Positions 50,134-60,504 of a stretch of 64,000 nucleotides of DNA are shown here, one piece after another; the first letter of the stretch is position 1; every line of letters starts with the position of its first letter. The notes beneath the pieces were generated by a model. The model was not told the DNA's origin. It searched no databases and worked only from the letters and a program-made list of their open reading frames with translations. Where the stretch lies: assembly GCA_963716255.1 (NCBI GenBank), contig OY970303.1, positions 5,984,001-6,048,000 on the forward strand, given 5' to 3'. The position numbers and the translations under genes are program-made. The DNA is from an uncultured Gemmatimonadales bacterium (GTDB lineage: Bacteria > Gemmatimonadota > Gemmatimonadetes > Longimicrobiales > Longimicrobiaceae).

Positions 50134-51423
50134 ATGCTGGACGTCAGGCGGGTCCGCGCGGAAACGGACGCGGTCCGCGCACGGCTCGCCGTGCGCGGCA
50201 AGGCGGAGACGGACGCGGCGCTGGACCGGGTGCTCGCGCTGGACGAGGAGCGCCGCGCGCTGGTGGGCGAGGGCGACGGCCTGAAGGCGCGCCGCAACGC
50301 GGTGTCGCAGGAGGTGGGGACCCGCAAGCGCGCCGGCGAGGACGCCGGGGAGCTGGTGGCGGAGATGCGCGCGGTGAACGACCGCATCCGCGAGATCGAC
50401 GCGCGCCTGCGGGAGGTGGAGGCGGAAACGGACGACCTTCTCCTGAGCGTCCCCAACACCCCGCACCCGAGCGTCCCCGCCGGGGGTGAGGAAAGCAACC
50501 AGACCGTCCGCAGCTGGGGCGAGCCGCGCGTCTTCGGCTTCACGCCGCGCCCGCACTGGGAGATCGCGGCGGAGCTGGGGATCCTGGACCTGGCGGGCGG
50601 GGCGAAGGTGGCGGGGAGCGGCTTCCCGGCGTACCGCGGGATGGGCGCGCGCCTGCAGCGGGCGCTGGTGAGCTGGATGATCGACCTGCACACGGAGGAG
50701 CACGGCTACACCGAGGTGTCGACGCCCTTCGTGGTGAACCGCGCGTCCATGACGGGCACGGGGCAGTTCCCCAAGTTCGAGGACGATGCCTACGTGCTCC
50801 CCGCGGACGACCTGGCGCTGATCCCCACGGCGGAGGTGCCGGTCACCAACCTGCACCGCGACGAGCTGCTGGCCCCCGACCGCCTCCCCATCGCCTACGT
50901 GGCGTACTCGCCCTGCTTCCGGCGGGAAGCGGGGGCGGCGGGCAAGGACACGCGCGGGCTGCTGCGCCTGCACCAGTTCGAAAAGGTGGAGCTGGTTCGC
51001 TTCGAGCGCCCGGAGCGCTCGGAGGCGGCGCTGGAGGAGCTCACCGGCCACGCGGAGCGGGTGCTCCAGCTGCTGGGTCTTCCCTACCGCGTGCTGCTGC
51101 TGGCAGGCGGGGACCTGGGCTTTTCCGCGGCGAAGACGTACGACCTGGAGGTGTGGGCGCCCGGGGTGGACCGCTGGCTGGAGGTATCCAGCTGCTCGGC
51201 GTTCATGGACTTCCAGGCGCGCCGCGCCGGGATCCGCTTCCGCCCCGCCGCCGGGGAGAAGCCGGAGTTCGCGCACACGCTGAACGGCTCCGGCCTGGCG
51301 CTCCCGCGCACCGTGGTCGCCATCCTGGAAAACGGCCAGCAGCCGGACGGTTCCGTGGTCGTCCCCGAGGTGCTGCGCCCGTACCTGCGCGCGGACGTGC
51401 TGTCCGTAGGGAACAGGGAATAG
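50134..51423 (+). CDS. serS: Serine--tRNA ligase
   Basis: [61 protein letters not shown]. Confidence 0.97.
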   Translation: MLDVRRVRAETDAVRARLAVRGKAETDAALDRVLALDEERRALVGEGDGLKARRNAVSQEVGTRKRAGEDAGELVAEMRAVNDRIREIDARLREVEAETDDLLLSVPNTPHPSVPAGGEESNQTVRSWGEPRVFGFTPRPHWEIAAELGILDLAGGAKVAGSGFPAYRGMGARLQRALVSWMIDLHTEEHGYTEVSTPFVVNRASMTGTGQFPKFEDDAYVLPADDLALIPTAEVPVTNLHRDELLAPDRLPIAYVAYSPCFRREAGAAGKDTRGLLRLHQFEKVELVRFERPERSEAALEELTGHAERVLQLLGLPYRVLLLAGGDLGFSAAKTYDLEVWAPGVDRWLEVSSCSAFMDFQARRAGIRFRPAAGEKPEFAHTLNGSGLALPRTVVAILENGQQPDGSVVVPEVLRPYLRADVLSVGNRE

Positions 51424-51480
51424 GGTTCACCGGTTCACGCGAAGCGTGAAGCGCCACAGGGAACGGCCTGCAACTGCGGG

Positions 51481-51610
51481 CCCTCACCCGGCTCGCTTGA
51501 GGCTCGCCACCCTCTCCCAATTCTGGGAGAGGGGGCAACGGCCAGACTCCGTGCGGTCTTCCCCTCCCTCGCTTGCGGGGGAGGGGGGCGCGCAGCGCCG
51601 GGGTGGGGGT
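51481..51610. repeat. Family C REP-like cluster
   Basis: CCCTCACCCGGCTCGCTTGAGGCTCGCCA-CCCTCTCCCAATTCTGGGAGAGGG, then a second palindrome and GGCGC-GCA-GCGCC. Confidence 0.85.
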
Positions 51611-51633
51611 TCAGCGGACGCCAGCGCGATGCC

Positions 51634-51758
51634 GCGTGAGGGATTTCGGCCCGGAGGGGCGAGACCGCGCGCTGTTTGCGCGGGCTCGACTCCGTTGCAA
51701 ACGGTAGTATCGTTTGCTACGGAGCCGAAGCCCGACCCCGGCGCAGCCGGGGGCACGC
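51634..51758 (+). repeat. Family A structured repeat, copy A6
   Basis: Stems CCGCGC/GCGCGG and GCAAACG/CGTTTGC; loops GCTGTTT and GTAGTAT. Confidence 0.92.
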
Positions 51759-51796
51759 CCGAACCCACGCCGTTCTTCAACCCGTACTAACCCGCT

Positions 51797-52978
51797 ATGA
51801 ACCGCCGCTACCTGCCGACGGCGCTCGCGCTGCTGGCGGCGGCCACGCTCGGGTGGTACCTGGTGTACACCGAGCTGCTGGTGCGGGAGATGCGCCGCGA
51901 CGCGGTGGTGCACTCCCGCATCTACATCCGCATCCTGCGGGGGCTCAACGACCCGGCGGACGATGCGGCGCTGCAGACGCTTCTCAAGGTCTCCGGCGAG
52001 ATGCAGCAGCTGCGCATTCCGCTGATCGTCACCGACGAGGACGGGGTGCCGGGCGCCGCCATCAACCTCCCCTTCGAGGCGGACGTCGCCAACCCGGACG
52101 ACCACGAGGCCATCCGGGCGTACGCGCGCGAGCTGGCGCGGCGCAACGAGCCCATCGTGGAGCCGGGGCTGGGGATCATCTTCTTCGGCGACCCGCCCAC
52201 GGTGCGGCGGCTGCGCTGGATCCCCTGGCTGCAGGTGGGCGCGCTCACCGGCCTGCTGGTGGCGGCGGCCTGGATGATCCGGCACAACTGGCGCACGGAG
52301 CGGGAGCGGATCTGGGCGGCCATGGCGCGCGAGTCCGCGCACCAGATGGCGACGCCGCTCTCCTCGCTGAGCGGCTGGGTGGAGATCCTCCGCCTCCCCG
52401 CCGAGGAGCGCGAGGACATGGCCTCGCTCCCCGCCGTGGCCGGCGAGATGGAGGCGGACCTGGACCGGCTGGAAAAGGTGTCGCGCCGCTTCGAGTGGAT
52501 CGGGCGGCCGGTGCGCCGCGAGCCGGTGGACGTGCGCTCCCTGCTGCGCGGGCTGGAGCGCTACGTGCGGGTGCGCCTCCCCAAGTTCGGGCGCGGGGTG
52601 GAGCTGCACATGGAGGCTGCGCCGGAGCTGCCGCAGGCGCTGGGGAACTCGGTGCTGCTGGAGTGGGCGCTTGAGAACCTGATCAAGAACGCGCTGGACG
52701 CGCTGGCCGGCACCGGGGGAACGATCGTCGTCCGGGCGGAGGAGCACACCCCCCGCCGCATCGCCATCCGCGTCTCGGACGACGGTCCGGGCGTTTCCCC
52801 GGCCGTGCGGAAGCGCATCTTCGACCCCGGCGTCTCCACCAAGAAGGGCGGCTGGGGCGTGGGCCTGTCGCTCTCGCGCCGCATCGTCCAGGACGTGCAC
52901 GGCGGCCGCCTGGAGCTGGAGAACACCGAGAAAGGCGCGACGTTCGTGATGCTTCTGCCGGTGGCGCCGACGGACTAG
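51797..52978 (+). CDS. Membrane sensor histidine kinase
   Basis: Two TM segments; H box ESAHQMATPLSSL; ENLIKNALDA; DDGPG; STKKGGWGVGL. Confidence 0.92.
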   Translation: MNRRYLPTALALLAAATLGWYLVYTELLVREMRRDAVVHSRIYIRILRGLNDPADDAALQTLLKVSGEMQQLRIPLIVTDEDGVPGAAINLPFEADVANPDDHEAIRAYARELARRNEPIVEPGLGIIFFGDPPTVRRLRWIPWLQVGALTGLLVAAAWMIRHNWRTERERIWAAMARESAHQMATPLSSLSGWVEILRLPAEEREDMASLPAVAGEMEADLDRLEKVSRRFEWIGRPVRREPVDVRSLLRGLERYVRVRLPKFGRGVELHMEAAPELPQALGNSVLLEWALENLIKNALDALAGTGGTIVVRAEEHTPRRIAIRVSDDGPGVSPAVRKRIFDPGVSTKKGGWGVGLSLSRRIVQDVHGGRLELENTEKGATFVMLLPVAPTD

Positions 52979-53000
52979 GGAACGACCCGGCGACCCCCGG

Positions 53001-53190
53001 CCCCTTCCCGCAAGGGGGAGGGGAGAACCACACGGCGTGGGGCGGGGGGCGGCGCGCAGGTCTACCCCTCACCCCCCGGCTTCCTCTCCCACAAGGGGAG
53101 AGGGGGAGAACGACACGACGAAGGCCATGGTGCAGGCAGCCCTCCCCCAGAATTGGGGGAGGGTGGCGCGCAGCGCCGGGTGGGGGCTCT
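53001..53190. repeat. Family C REP-like cluster (three palindromes)
   Basis: CCCCTTCCCGCAAGGGGGAGGGG, CCTCTCCCACAAGGGGAGAGG, CCCTCCCCCAGAATTGGGGGAGGG, GGCGC-GCA-GCGCC. Confidence 0.8.
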
Positions 53191-53212
53191 CCGCGGACGC
53201 CAGCGAGAAGCC

Positions 53213-53338
53213 GCGTGAGGGATTTCGGCCCGAAGGGGCGAGACCCGGCGGCAGTTTGCCGGGGCTCGACTCCGTTGCAGACGGTTGTTTCGTCTGCTAC
53301 GGAGCCGAAGCCCGACCCCGGCGCAGCCGGGGGCACGC
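53213..53338 (+). repeat. Family A structured repeat, copy A7
   Basis: P5 stem GCAGACG/CGTCTGC; otherwise close to A1. Confidence 0.92.
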
Positions 53339-53372
53339 CCGAACACGCTTTCCATCTTTTCAGAAGAATCCG

Positions 53373-55769
53373 ATGGCGCTGGACCTGTCGCACCTGAACC
53401 CGGAGCAGCGCGAGGCCGCCGAGCACTTCGAGCGGCCTCTGCTCGTGCTCGCGGGGGCCGGCTCGGGGAAGACCCGCGTGCTCACCCACCGCATCGCCAA
53501 CCTGGTGGAGGAGTTCGGGGTGGACCCGGCGAGCATCCTCGCGCTCACCTTCACCAACAAGGCGGCGGCGCAGATGCGCGACCGCATCCGCGACCTGCTG
53601 GGGCGCGACCCGGCGGGGATGTGGATGGGGACCTTCCACGCCATCGGCGCGCGCATCCTGCGGCGGCACGCCACGCGGCTGGGTTGGACGCCCAGCTACG
53701 TGATCTACGACGCGGCGGACGCCGAGGGGCTGATGCGCCGCATCGTCAAGGACGAGCTGCAGCTGGACCCCAAGCGCTGGAGCCCGAAGGCCTTCCAGGC
53801 AGCGGTCTCGGCCGCCAAGAACGAGCTCACCGGGGTGCAGGCGTACCAGGAGGCGGCGCTCGATCCCTTCCAGCAGAAGGTGGGGCAGGCGTACGAGCGC
53901 TACCAGCGGGCGCTGCGCGATGCCAACGCCTTCGACTTCGACGACCTGCTGGTAAAGCCGGTGGAGCTGCTGCGCGCCTTCCCCGGGGTGCTGGAGGCGT
54001 ACCGCGAGCGCTTCCGCTTCGTGCTGGTGGACGAGTACCAGGACACCAACCGGGCGCAGTACGTGTTCCTGCGCCTGCTGGCCGAGGAGCACGGCAACCT
54101 GTTCGTGGTGGGCGACGACGACCAGTCCATCTACGGCTGGCGCGGCGCGGACATCCGCAACATCCTGGACTTCGAAAAGGACTTCCCCGACGCGCGGATG
54201 ATCCGCCTGGAGCAGAACTACCGCTCCTCGCAGACCATCCTGGACGCGGCCAACCGGGTGATTGCGGAGAACGTCAACCGCAAGGGCAAGACGCTCCGCA
54301 CCGACAACCCGGCCGGCGAGCGCATCACCCTGGTGGAGTGCGCGGACGAGGCGGACGAGGCGGAGTGGATCGTGGCGGAGACCGTGGCGCGGATGGGCGA
54401 CAACCCGGAGCTGGGGCCGCGCCAGTTCGTGGTGCTGTACCGCACCAACGCGCAGTCCCGCCCGCTGGAGGAAGCGCTGATCCGCGAGGGGCTGCCGTAC
54501 CGCATCGTGGGCGGCACGCGCTTCTACGAGCGGCGCGAGGTCAAGGACGCCATGGCGTACCTGCGCCTGGTGGCGAACCCCACCGCGGACGAGGCCTTCC
54601 TGCGCATCGTCAACGTCCCCAAGCGGGGGATCGGCGACACCTCGGTGGCGCGGCTGGCGGAGTGGGCGTCCACGCAGCCGTCGCGCCGGAACAACGAGTC
54701 GCGCATGCCGCTGCTGGAGGCGGCCGCGCTGGCGGAAGGGGTCCCCGGGCTGCGCGGCGCCGCCGTGACGGCGCTGGCGGACCTGGCCGGCCTGGTGCAC
54801 AAGCACGCGGCGCTGGCGGAGCGGGGCGTGGCGCTGGACGGGCTGCTGCGCGAGCTGGTGCGGGAGTCGGGGCTGGTGGAGTCGCTGCGCGAGGAGGGAC
54901 CGGAGGGCGACGACCGCATCGCCAACCTGGACGAGCTGGTGGCGGGCGCGGCGGACATCGAGTCGCGCCTGGCCGCGGGCGACCCGGAGCTGCTCCCCGA
55001 GCTGGAGGAGGGCGACGCGCCGCCGCGGGCGATCGACGTGTTCCTGAGCCACGTGGCGCTGGTGGCGGACATCGACCAGCACGACCCCGGCGCGGACGCG
55101 CTGTCGCTGATGACGCTGCACAACGCCAAGGGGCTGGAGTTCCCCCTGGTCTTCATCGCCGGGCTGGAGGAGGGGCTCTTCCCGCTGTCGCGCGCCTACG
55201 ACGACCCCGCGACGCTGGAGGAGGAGCGGCGCCTGTTCTACGTGGGGATCACGCGGGCGGAGCGGAAGCTGTACCTGGCCTACGCGCGGCGGCGTCGGCG
55301 GGGCGGGGAGTGGATGGACTCGGTGGCCTCGTCGTTCCTGGAGGGGGTGCCCAAGGAGCTGGTGGAGACGCGCCAGACGCAGCGGGTGCTGGAGCGGCTG
55401 GGCACCTACAAGGCGTACCGCGCGCAGGGCGGGACGGGGGGGATGCGCAGCCGGCGCGACCGGCTTGGCTTCGGGGACTTCGGCGACCTGGGGTACGCGG
55501 CGTCGTCGTCCGCAGGTGGGCGGACGGCGCCGAAGGCGGCCCCGAAGTCCGTGTCCGACGACGACTCGTACCAGGTGGACTACTCGGACTCGCAGGAGAC
55601 GCCCCGGCTGGTCAAGGGCGCGCGGGTGCGGCATCCGCAGTTCGGGGGCGGCACCGTGGCGGAGCTGTCCGGGGTGGGCGCGGACGTGCGCGTGACCATC
55701 GACTTCGACTCGGTGGGGCGGAAGAAGGTGGTGCTGCGGTACGCGAACCTGGAGCCGGATTGGGACTGA
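53373..55769 (+). CDS. pcrA: UvrD/PcrA superfamily I DNA helicase
   Basis: LNPEQ, AGAGSGKT, TFTNKAA, VDEYQDTN, GDDDQSIYGWRG, QNYRS, LHNAKGLEF, EERRLFYVGITRA, C-terminal VRHPQFG. Confidence 0.95.
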   Translation: MALDLSHLNPEQREAAEHFERPLLVLAGAGSGKTRVLTHRIANLVEEFGVDPASILALTFTNKAAAQMRDRIRDLLGRDPAGMWMGTFHAIGARILRRHATRLGWTPSYVIYDAADAEGLMRRIVKDELQLDPKRWSPKAFQAAVSAAKNELTGVQAYQEAALDPFQQKVGQAYERYQRALRDANAFDFDDLLVKPVELLRAFPGVLEAYRERFRFVLVDEYQDTNRAQYVFLRLLAEEHGNLFVVGDDDQSIYGWRGADIRNILDFEKDFPDARMIRLEQNYRSSQTILDAANRVIAENVNRKGKTLRTDNPAGERITLVECADEADEAEWIVAETVARMGDNPELGPRQFVVLYRTNAQSRPLEEALIREGLPYRIVGGTRFYERREVKDAMAYLRLVANPTADEAFLRIVNVPKRGIGDTSVARLAEWASTQPSRRNNESRMPLLEAAALAEGVPGLRGAAVTALADLAGLVHKHAALAERGVALDGLLRELVRESGLVESLREEGPEGDDRIANLDELVAGAADIESRLAAGDPELLPELEEGDAPPRAIDVFLSHVALVADIDQHDPGADALSLMTLHNAKGLEFPLVFIAGLEEGLFPLSRAYDDPATLEEERRLFYVGITRAERKLYLAYARRRRRGGEWMDSVASSFLEGVPKELVETRQTQRVLERLGTYKAYRAQGGTGGMRSRRDRLGFGDFGDLGYAASSSAGGRTAPKAAPKSVSDDDSYQVDYSDSQETPRLVKGARVRHPQFGGGTVAELSGVGADVRVTIDFDSVGRKKVVLRYANLEPDWD

Positions 55770-55800
55770 GGACTGCAACGGCTCTGAACTGCCTGTTCGG

Positions 55801-55931
55801 GCGTGCCCCCGGCTGGCGCCGGGGTCGGGCTTCGGCTCCGTAAGCCCGCAAACAACGCGGGCTAACGGAGTCGAGACCCGGCGGAAACAGCCCCGCCGGG
55901 TCTCGCCCCTTCGGGCCGAAATCCCTCACGC
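55801..55931 (-). repeat. Family A structured repeat, copy A8 (inverted), followed by family C hairpins to about 56072
   Basis: Nearly identical to A5. Confidence 0.92.
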
Positions 55932-56148
55932 GGGTTTCGCGCTGGCGTCCGCGGGGGCCCCCACCCGGCGCTTCGCGCCACCCTCCCCCGTTCCGGGGGA
56001 GGGGCATCTCCACGCTGACGATCCCCAGCCTCGCCGTGTCGTGCTCCCCCTCCCCCCTTGCGGGGGAGGGGGTCGGGGGCCCGCGAGCCTGCCATTTGCA
56101 TGTGCTCGGGGGCTGCTCCCGTTTCCCGTCACCCAGGCCGCGCAGCGA

Positions 56149-56463
56149 ATGGCGATCACACCCGAGGAAGTACGGCGCGTCGCGTCGCTCGCGCGGCTGC
56201 GGCTGGACGACGCCGAGGCCGCGGCGATGGCCGGGGAGCTGGGCTCCATCCTGGAGCAGGTGCGCGTCCTGGGACGCGCGGACGGCAGGGAGGCGGTGCC
56301 GGGGGCGGCGGAGGAGCGCGCGGCGCCGCTGCGCGCCGACGCCTACGGCGCCGACCTGCTGCACCGCTCGCCCGACATGCTCGCGCCGGCTTGGCAGGAC
56401 GGTTTCTTAGTGGTGCCTCGCCTGCCGGCTCTGGACGCGGACGCGCGCGGCGAGGCGCCGTGA
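56149..56463 (+). CDS. gatC: Asp/Glu-tRNA amidotransferase subunit C
   Basis: ITPEEVRRVASLARL, PLRAD, GFLVVPR; first gene of gatCAB. Confidence 0.88.
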   Translation: MAITPEEVRRVASLARLRLDDAEAAAMAGELGSILEQVRVLGRADGREAVPGAAEERAAPLRADAYGADLLHRSPDMLAPAWQDGFLVVPRLPALDADARGEAP

Positions 56464-57947
56464 GCGCGCCGCTCTCCACGCTGCCGCTGGCGGAGCTCGC
56501 GGAGGCGATCCGCAAGCGCCGCGTGTCGCCCACGGCGCTGGTGGAGTCGGCGGCGGCGGCACTCGCCGTGGCGGAGTCCGGGCCCGAGCCGCTGAACCTG
56601 TTCATCTCCTTCGACCTGGAGCGCGCCTTCAAGCGGGCGCTGGAGGTGGAGGCCGATCTCCAGGGCGGCAAGCCGCTCCCCCCGCTCGCCGGGATCCCCG
56701 TCGCCCTCAACGACAATCTCTGCACCACGGACTTTCCCACCACCTGCGGCTCGCGGGTGATGCACGGGTACGTTTCCCCGTACGAGGCCACCGCGGTGCG
56801 GCGCCTGCGCGAGGCCGGCGCCGTGGTGCTGGGGAAGACCAACCTGGACGAGTTCGCCATGGGGTCGTCCACCGAGCACTCCGCGTACGGGCCCACCCGC
56901 AACCCGTGGGACCGCTCGCGCGTGGCGGGGGGGAGCTCCGGCGGCTCTGCGGCGGCGGTCGCGGCGGGGGTGGTCCCGCTGGCGCTCGGGTCGGACACGG
57001 GGGGCTCCGTGCGGCAGCCGGCGGCCTTCTGCGGCGTGGTGGGCATCTGCCCCACGTACGGGCGGGTGTCGCGATACGGGCTGGTGGCCTTCGCGTCGTC
57101 GCTGGACCAGGTGGGGACGCTGGGACGCTCGGTGTACGAGGCCGCGTACCTCCTCCAGGTGGTCGCCGGGCGCGACCCGCTGGACGCCACCAGCGCCGAC
57201 GTTCCCGTGGCGAACGTGTCCGTGAACCTGGGCGAGGGCGTGGAGGGGATGACCATCGGCGTCCCCGCCGAGTACATGCCCGACTCGCTGGACCCGCGGG
57301 TGCGCGCCCTCTGCCGCGCGGCGCTCCGGCGCCTGGAGGAGCTGGGCGCAGAGGTGCGCGAGATCTCGCTTCCGCACACCGCCCACGCCGTCCCCGCGTA
57401 CTCGGTGCTCGCCATGGCGGAGGCGTCGTCCAGCCTGGCCCGCTTCGACGGCGTGCGCTTCGGCGCGCCGGTCCCCGGGGCGCGCTCGGTGGAGGAGGTG
57501 TGGGAGGGGACGCGCGCCCTCTTCGGCCCCGAGGCGAAGCGCCGGATCCTGCTGGGCACCCACTCGCTCGCCGCGGGCCACCACGACGAGCTCTACGGGC
57601 AGGCCGCCCGCGTCCGCGGGCTGGTCGCGCTGGATTTCCGCTGGGCCTTCGACTCCGGGGTGGACGCCGTCTTCACACCCACCACGCCGTCGCCCGCCTT
57701 CCGCCTGGGCGAGGTCACCGACCCCTACGCCATGCTCCTGTCCGACGCGTTCACGGTGGGGCCCGCCCTCGCGGGGCTCCCGGCGCTCTCGCTCCCCCTG
57801 GGGCTGGCGGACGGGCTCCCGGTGGGTGGGCAGCTGGTCGGCCGCCCGTGGGGCGAGCCGGAGATCGTGCGCGCGGGGCACGCGCTGGAGCAGTTGCTGC
57901 TGGCCGCGCCCCTGGTGGTGCCGGCAACACCCGCGGCCGCGAGGTGA
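56460..57947 (+). CDS. gatA: Amidotransferase subunit A (amidase signature), catalytic Lys replaced by Asn
   Basis: GKTNLDEFAMGSSTE, GGSSGGS, GSDTGGSVRQPA, KRRILLGT; PVALNDN in place of PxAxKDN. Confidence 0.88.
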   Translation: MSAPLSTLPLAELAEAIRKRRVSPTALVESAAAALAVAESGPEPLNLFISFDLERAFKRALEVEADLQGGKPLPPLAGIPVALNDNLCTTDFPTTCGSRVMHGYVSPYEATAVRRLREAGAVVLGKTNLDEFAMGSSTEHSAYGPTRNPWDRSRVAGGSSGGSAAAVAAGVVPLALGSDTGGSVRQPAAFCGVVGICPTYGRVSRYGLVAFASSLDQVGTLGRSVYEAAYLLQVVAGRDPLDATSADVPVANVSVNLGEGVEGMTIGVPAEYMPDSLDPRVRALCRAALRRLEELGAEVREISLPHTAHAVPAYSVLAMAEASSSLARFDGVRFGAPVPGARSVEEVWEGTRALFGPEAKRRILLGTHSLAAGHHDELYGQAARVRGLVALDFRWAFDSGVDAVFTPTTPSPAFRLGEVTDPYAMLLSDAFTVGPALAGLPALSLPLGLADGLPVGGQLVGRPWGEPEIVRAGHALEQLLLAAPLVVPATPAAAR

Positions 57948-57952
57948 GCGCC

Positions 57953-59398
57953 ATGGCCGAAGCGCGCCGGGAGCCCGCGATCGGGCTGGAGGTGCACGTA
58001 CAGCTGCGCACGCGCACCAAGCTGTTCTGCGGCGACCTGGCGGAGCCCGGTGCGCCGCCCAACACGCACGTCTGCCCCGTGTGCCTGGGGCTCCCCGGCG
58101 CTCTCCCCACGCTCAACGAGCAGGCGGTGGACCTGGCGGTGATGGCGGCGCTGGGGCTCAGCTCCACGGTGCAGGAGCGCTCCGCCTTCGCGCGGAAGCA
58201 CTCCTTCTCCACGGACCTCCCCAGGGGCTACCAGATCACCCAGCACGGCCAGCCGTTGGCCACCGGCGGCTACCTGCTGGTGCCCGACGCGGACGTCGGC
58301 AAGCCGACGGCGGTCCGCATCCGCAGCGTCCACCTGGAGGAGGACTCCGGGAAGTCGCTGCACGACCGGGTGCCCGGCGCCACGGCGCTGGACCTGAACC
58401 GCGCGGGCGTGCCGCTGGTGGAGATCGTCACCGAGCCGGACCTGCGCTCCCCGGCCCAGGCGCGCGCCTTCCTGACCCGCCTCAAGCAGGTCCTCCAGTA
58501 CGTGGGCCTCGGCGACTGCGACATGCAGGAGGGGCGGCTGCGGGTGGACGCCAACGTGTCGCTGCGCCCCGCCGGCAGCAGCACGCTGGGCACGCGGACC
58601 GAGGTCAGGAACCTGAGCTCCTTCGCAGGGGTGGAGCAGGCGCTTGCCTTCGAGCTGGAGCGCCAGGAGGGAGTGCTCGCCGCGGGCGGCCCGGTGCAGC
58701 CCGCGACGCTGCTCTGGGACGCGGCGCGCGGGGAGGCGCGCGTCCTCCGGGCCGGGGAGGAGGGCGCGGACCATCGCTATCTTCCGGAGCCAGACCTTCC
58801 GCCGCTGGTGCTCGCCGAGGAGCGGTTGAAGCGGCTGCGCCAGGCGGTGCCGGAGATGCCCGACGTCCGCGCCGCGCGCTTCGTCAAGGACTACGCGGTG
58901 GAGGCCCAGCACGCCGAGGTGCTCACCTCCACGCGGGAGATCGCGGACTTCTTCGAGTCGGTGGCTCGGCGGACGGATCCGCGCGAGGCGTCGTCGTGGG
59001 TCATGGGCGACTTCCTGGCCGCGGCCAACGCGGCGGGGGGCGACCTGGACCGCTTCCCGGTGCGGCCGGCGGACCTGTCGGGGCTGATCGAGCTGCTGGC
59101 GGCGGGGATCGTCTCGCGGCCGGTGGCGAAGCAGGTGTTCGCGCGGATGGTGGAGACGGGTAAGCCGGCGGCGCAGGTCGTCGGCGAGGAGGGGTGGCAG
59201 CGGGTGGACGACGCGGACGCGCTGTCTGCCCGGGCGGACGACGTGCTCCGCGAGCACCCCGCCGAAGTGGAGCGCTACCGCGCGGGTGAAACCCGGCTGC
59301 TGGACTTCTTCGTAGAGGAGCTCGTGCGCCGCTCCGGCGGCACGGCCGACCCGCAGCGGGCGGGTGCGGTCCTGATCGATAAGCTGGAGGTGAGATGA
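57953..59398 (+). CDS. gatB: Amidotransferase subunit B, divergent
   Basis: IGLEVHVQL.T.TKLFC, HLEEDSGK, DLNRAGVPLVEIVTEPD, PEPDLPP, C-terminal YqeY-like region. Confidence 0.9.
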   Translation: MAEARREPAIGLEVHVQLRTRTKLFCGDLAEPGAPPNTHVCPVCLGLPGALPTLNEQAVDLAVMAALGLSSTVQERSAFARKHSFSTDLPRGYQITQHGQPLATGGYLLVPDADVGKPTAVRIRSVHLEEDSGKSLHDRVPGATALDLNRAGVPLVEIVTEPDLRSPAQARAFLTRLKQVLQYVGLGDCDMQEGRLRVDANVSLRPAGSSTLGTRTEVRNLSSFAGVEQALAFELERQEGVLAAGGPVQPATLLWDAARGEARVLRAGEEGADHRYLPEPDLPPLVLAEERLKRLRQAVPEMPDVRAARFVKDYAVEAQHAEVLTSTREIADFFESVARRTDPREASSWVMGDFLAAANAAGGDLDRFPVRPADLSGLIELLAAGIVSRPVAKQVFARMVETGKPAAQVVGEEGWQRVDDADALSARADDVLREHPAEVERYRAGETRLLDFFVEELVRRSGGTADPQRAGAVLIDKLEVR

Positions 59399-60162
59399 GG
59401 TCGAAGCGGGCGCGGTGGTGGCTGTTCGGCGGGGTGCTCGTCGTCGGGCTGGCGTGCACGGGCATGGCGCCGTTCGCCGGCTGCGCGCCGGAGTGCTTGC
59501 CGCCCGCGCTGTCCGCCGTCGCGGAGGCGCCGCGGGCGGTCGAGAAGAACGGGGAGCTGGTGGTGCTCGTCCACGGGCTGGGCCGCACCCGGCTGTCGAT
59601 GGCGCCGCTCGCGTGGGCGCTGGAGCGCGATGGGTACGAGGTGCTGAACTGGGGCTACTCCAGCTACACGCGCTCCATCCCCGAGCTGGGGCGGCAGCTC
59701 GCCGGCGAGCTGGAGTCGCGCGGCGGGGCGCGCCCGGAGCGGGTGCACTTCGTGGGGCACAGCCTGGGCAACATCATCGTCCGCTGGGTGCTCGCCAACG
59801 AGCCGCCGGCGGACGTGGGGCGCGTGGTGATGCTGGCACCGCCCAACCAGGGCTCGCACTCCGCGGACCGCTATGCACCGTGGCTGGGGTGGCTGCTGAA
59901 GCCGCTTCCGGAGCTGCGCACGGGCGCCGGGGGCATCGCGGGGGAGATCCCGCTGCCGCGGGGCGTGGAGGTGGGGGTGATCGCGGGCCGGTACGACGGC
60001 AAGGTGACGGTGGAGGAGACGCGGCTGCCGGGCGCCGCGGCGAGCATCGTGGTCCCGGCGGCGCACACCTTCATCATGAACCGGCGCGACGTGCGGCGGC
60101 TGATCGACGAGTTCCTGGAGGAGGGGCGCTTCTCCGCAGCCGTTACGCAGGGTGGCGTGTAA
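59395..60162 (+). CDS. Alpha/beta-fold hydrolase (lipase/esterase-like)
   Basis: VLVHGLG, GHSLG nucleophile elbow, PPNQGS, DGKV, HTFI. Confidence 0.87.
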   Translation: MRSKRARWWLFGGVLVVGLACTGMAPFAGCAPECLPPALSAVAEAPRAVEKNGELVVLVHGLGRTRLSMAPLAWALERDGYEVLNWGYSSYTRSIPELGRQLAGELESRGGARPERVHFVGHSLGNIIVRWVLANEPPADVGRVVMLAPPNQGSHSADRYAPWLGWLLKPLPELRTGAGGIAGEIPLPRGVEVGVIAGRYDGKVTVEETRLPGAAASIVVPAAHTFIMNRRDVRRLIDEFLEEGRFSAAVTQGGV

Positions 60163-60504
60163 CCGTCCGGGTCACTCCTTCTTCGCGCCGGGCACTCCCT
60201 GCATGCCCGAGGTGCCGGGCGGCCTTCCATATCGTCCCCGGGCGGGTACCGGTCGGCTTCGACCCTGACTGCAGGCGTGCACAAGAGCCTGGCGTCGCGG
60301 GGATCGCGTTTGCAAACTGTTGGATGTGGAGTGCCCCGGCTCCACGGTTCGCGAGGGGAGCCGCCGCCATAGCTCCGCCACCGCCCGCGCTTCCCGGCGG
60401 CGAGGTCTCGCCGCCGGGAAGAGGCGATGCCGGGGGACGGCCTTTGATCGTGTCCCGGATCGTCGCTCCCTCGCTGCTCGCCGATTCACCTGGCCTGCCG
60501 AAGA

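Noticed and set aside
51700..51715. GTAGTAT loop as a rolling-circle nonanucleotide origin (TAGTATTAC)
   Set aside because: Only a partial match, most copies read GTTGTTT, and no Rep gene is present.
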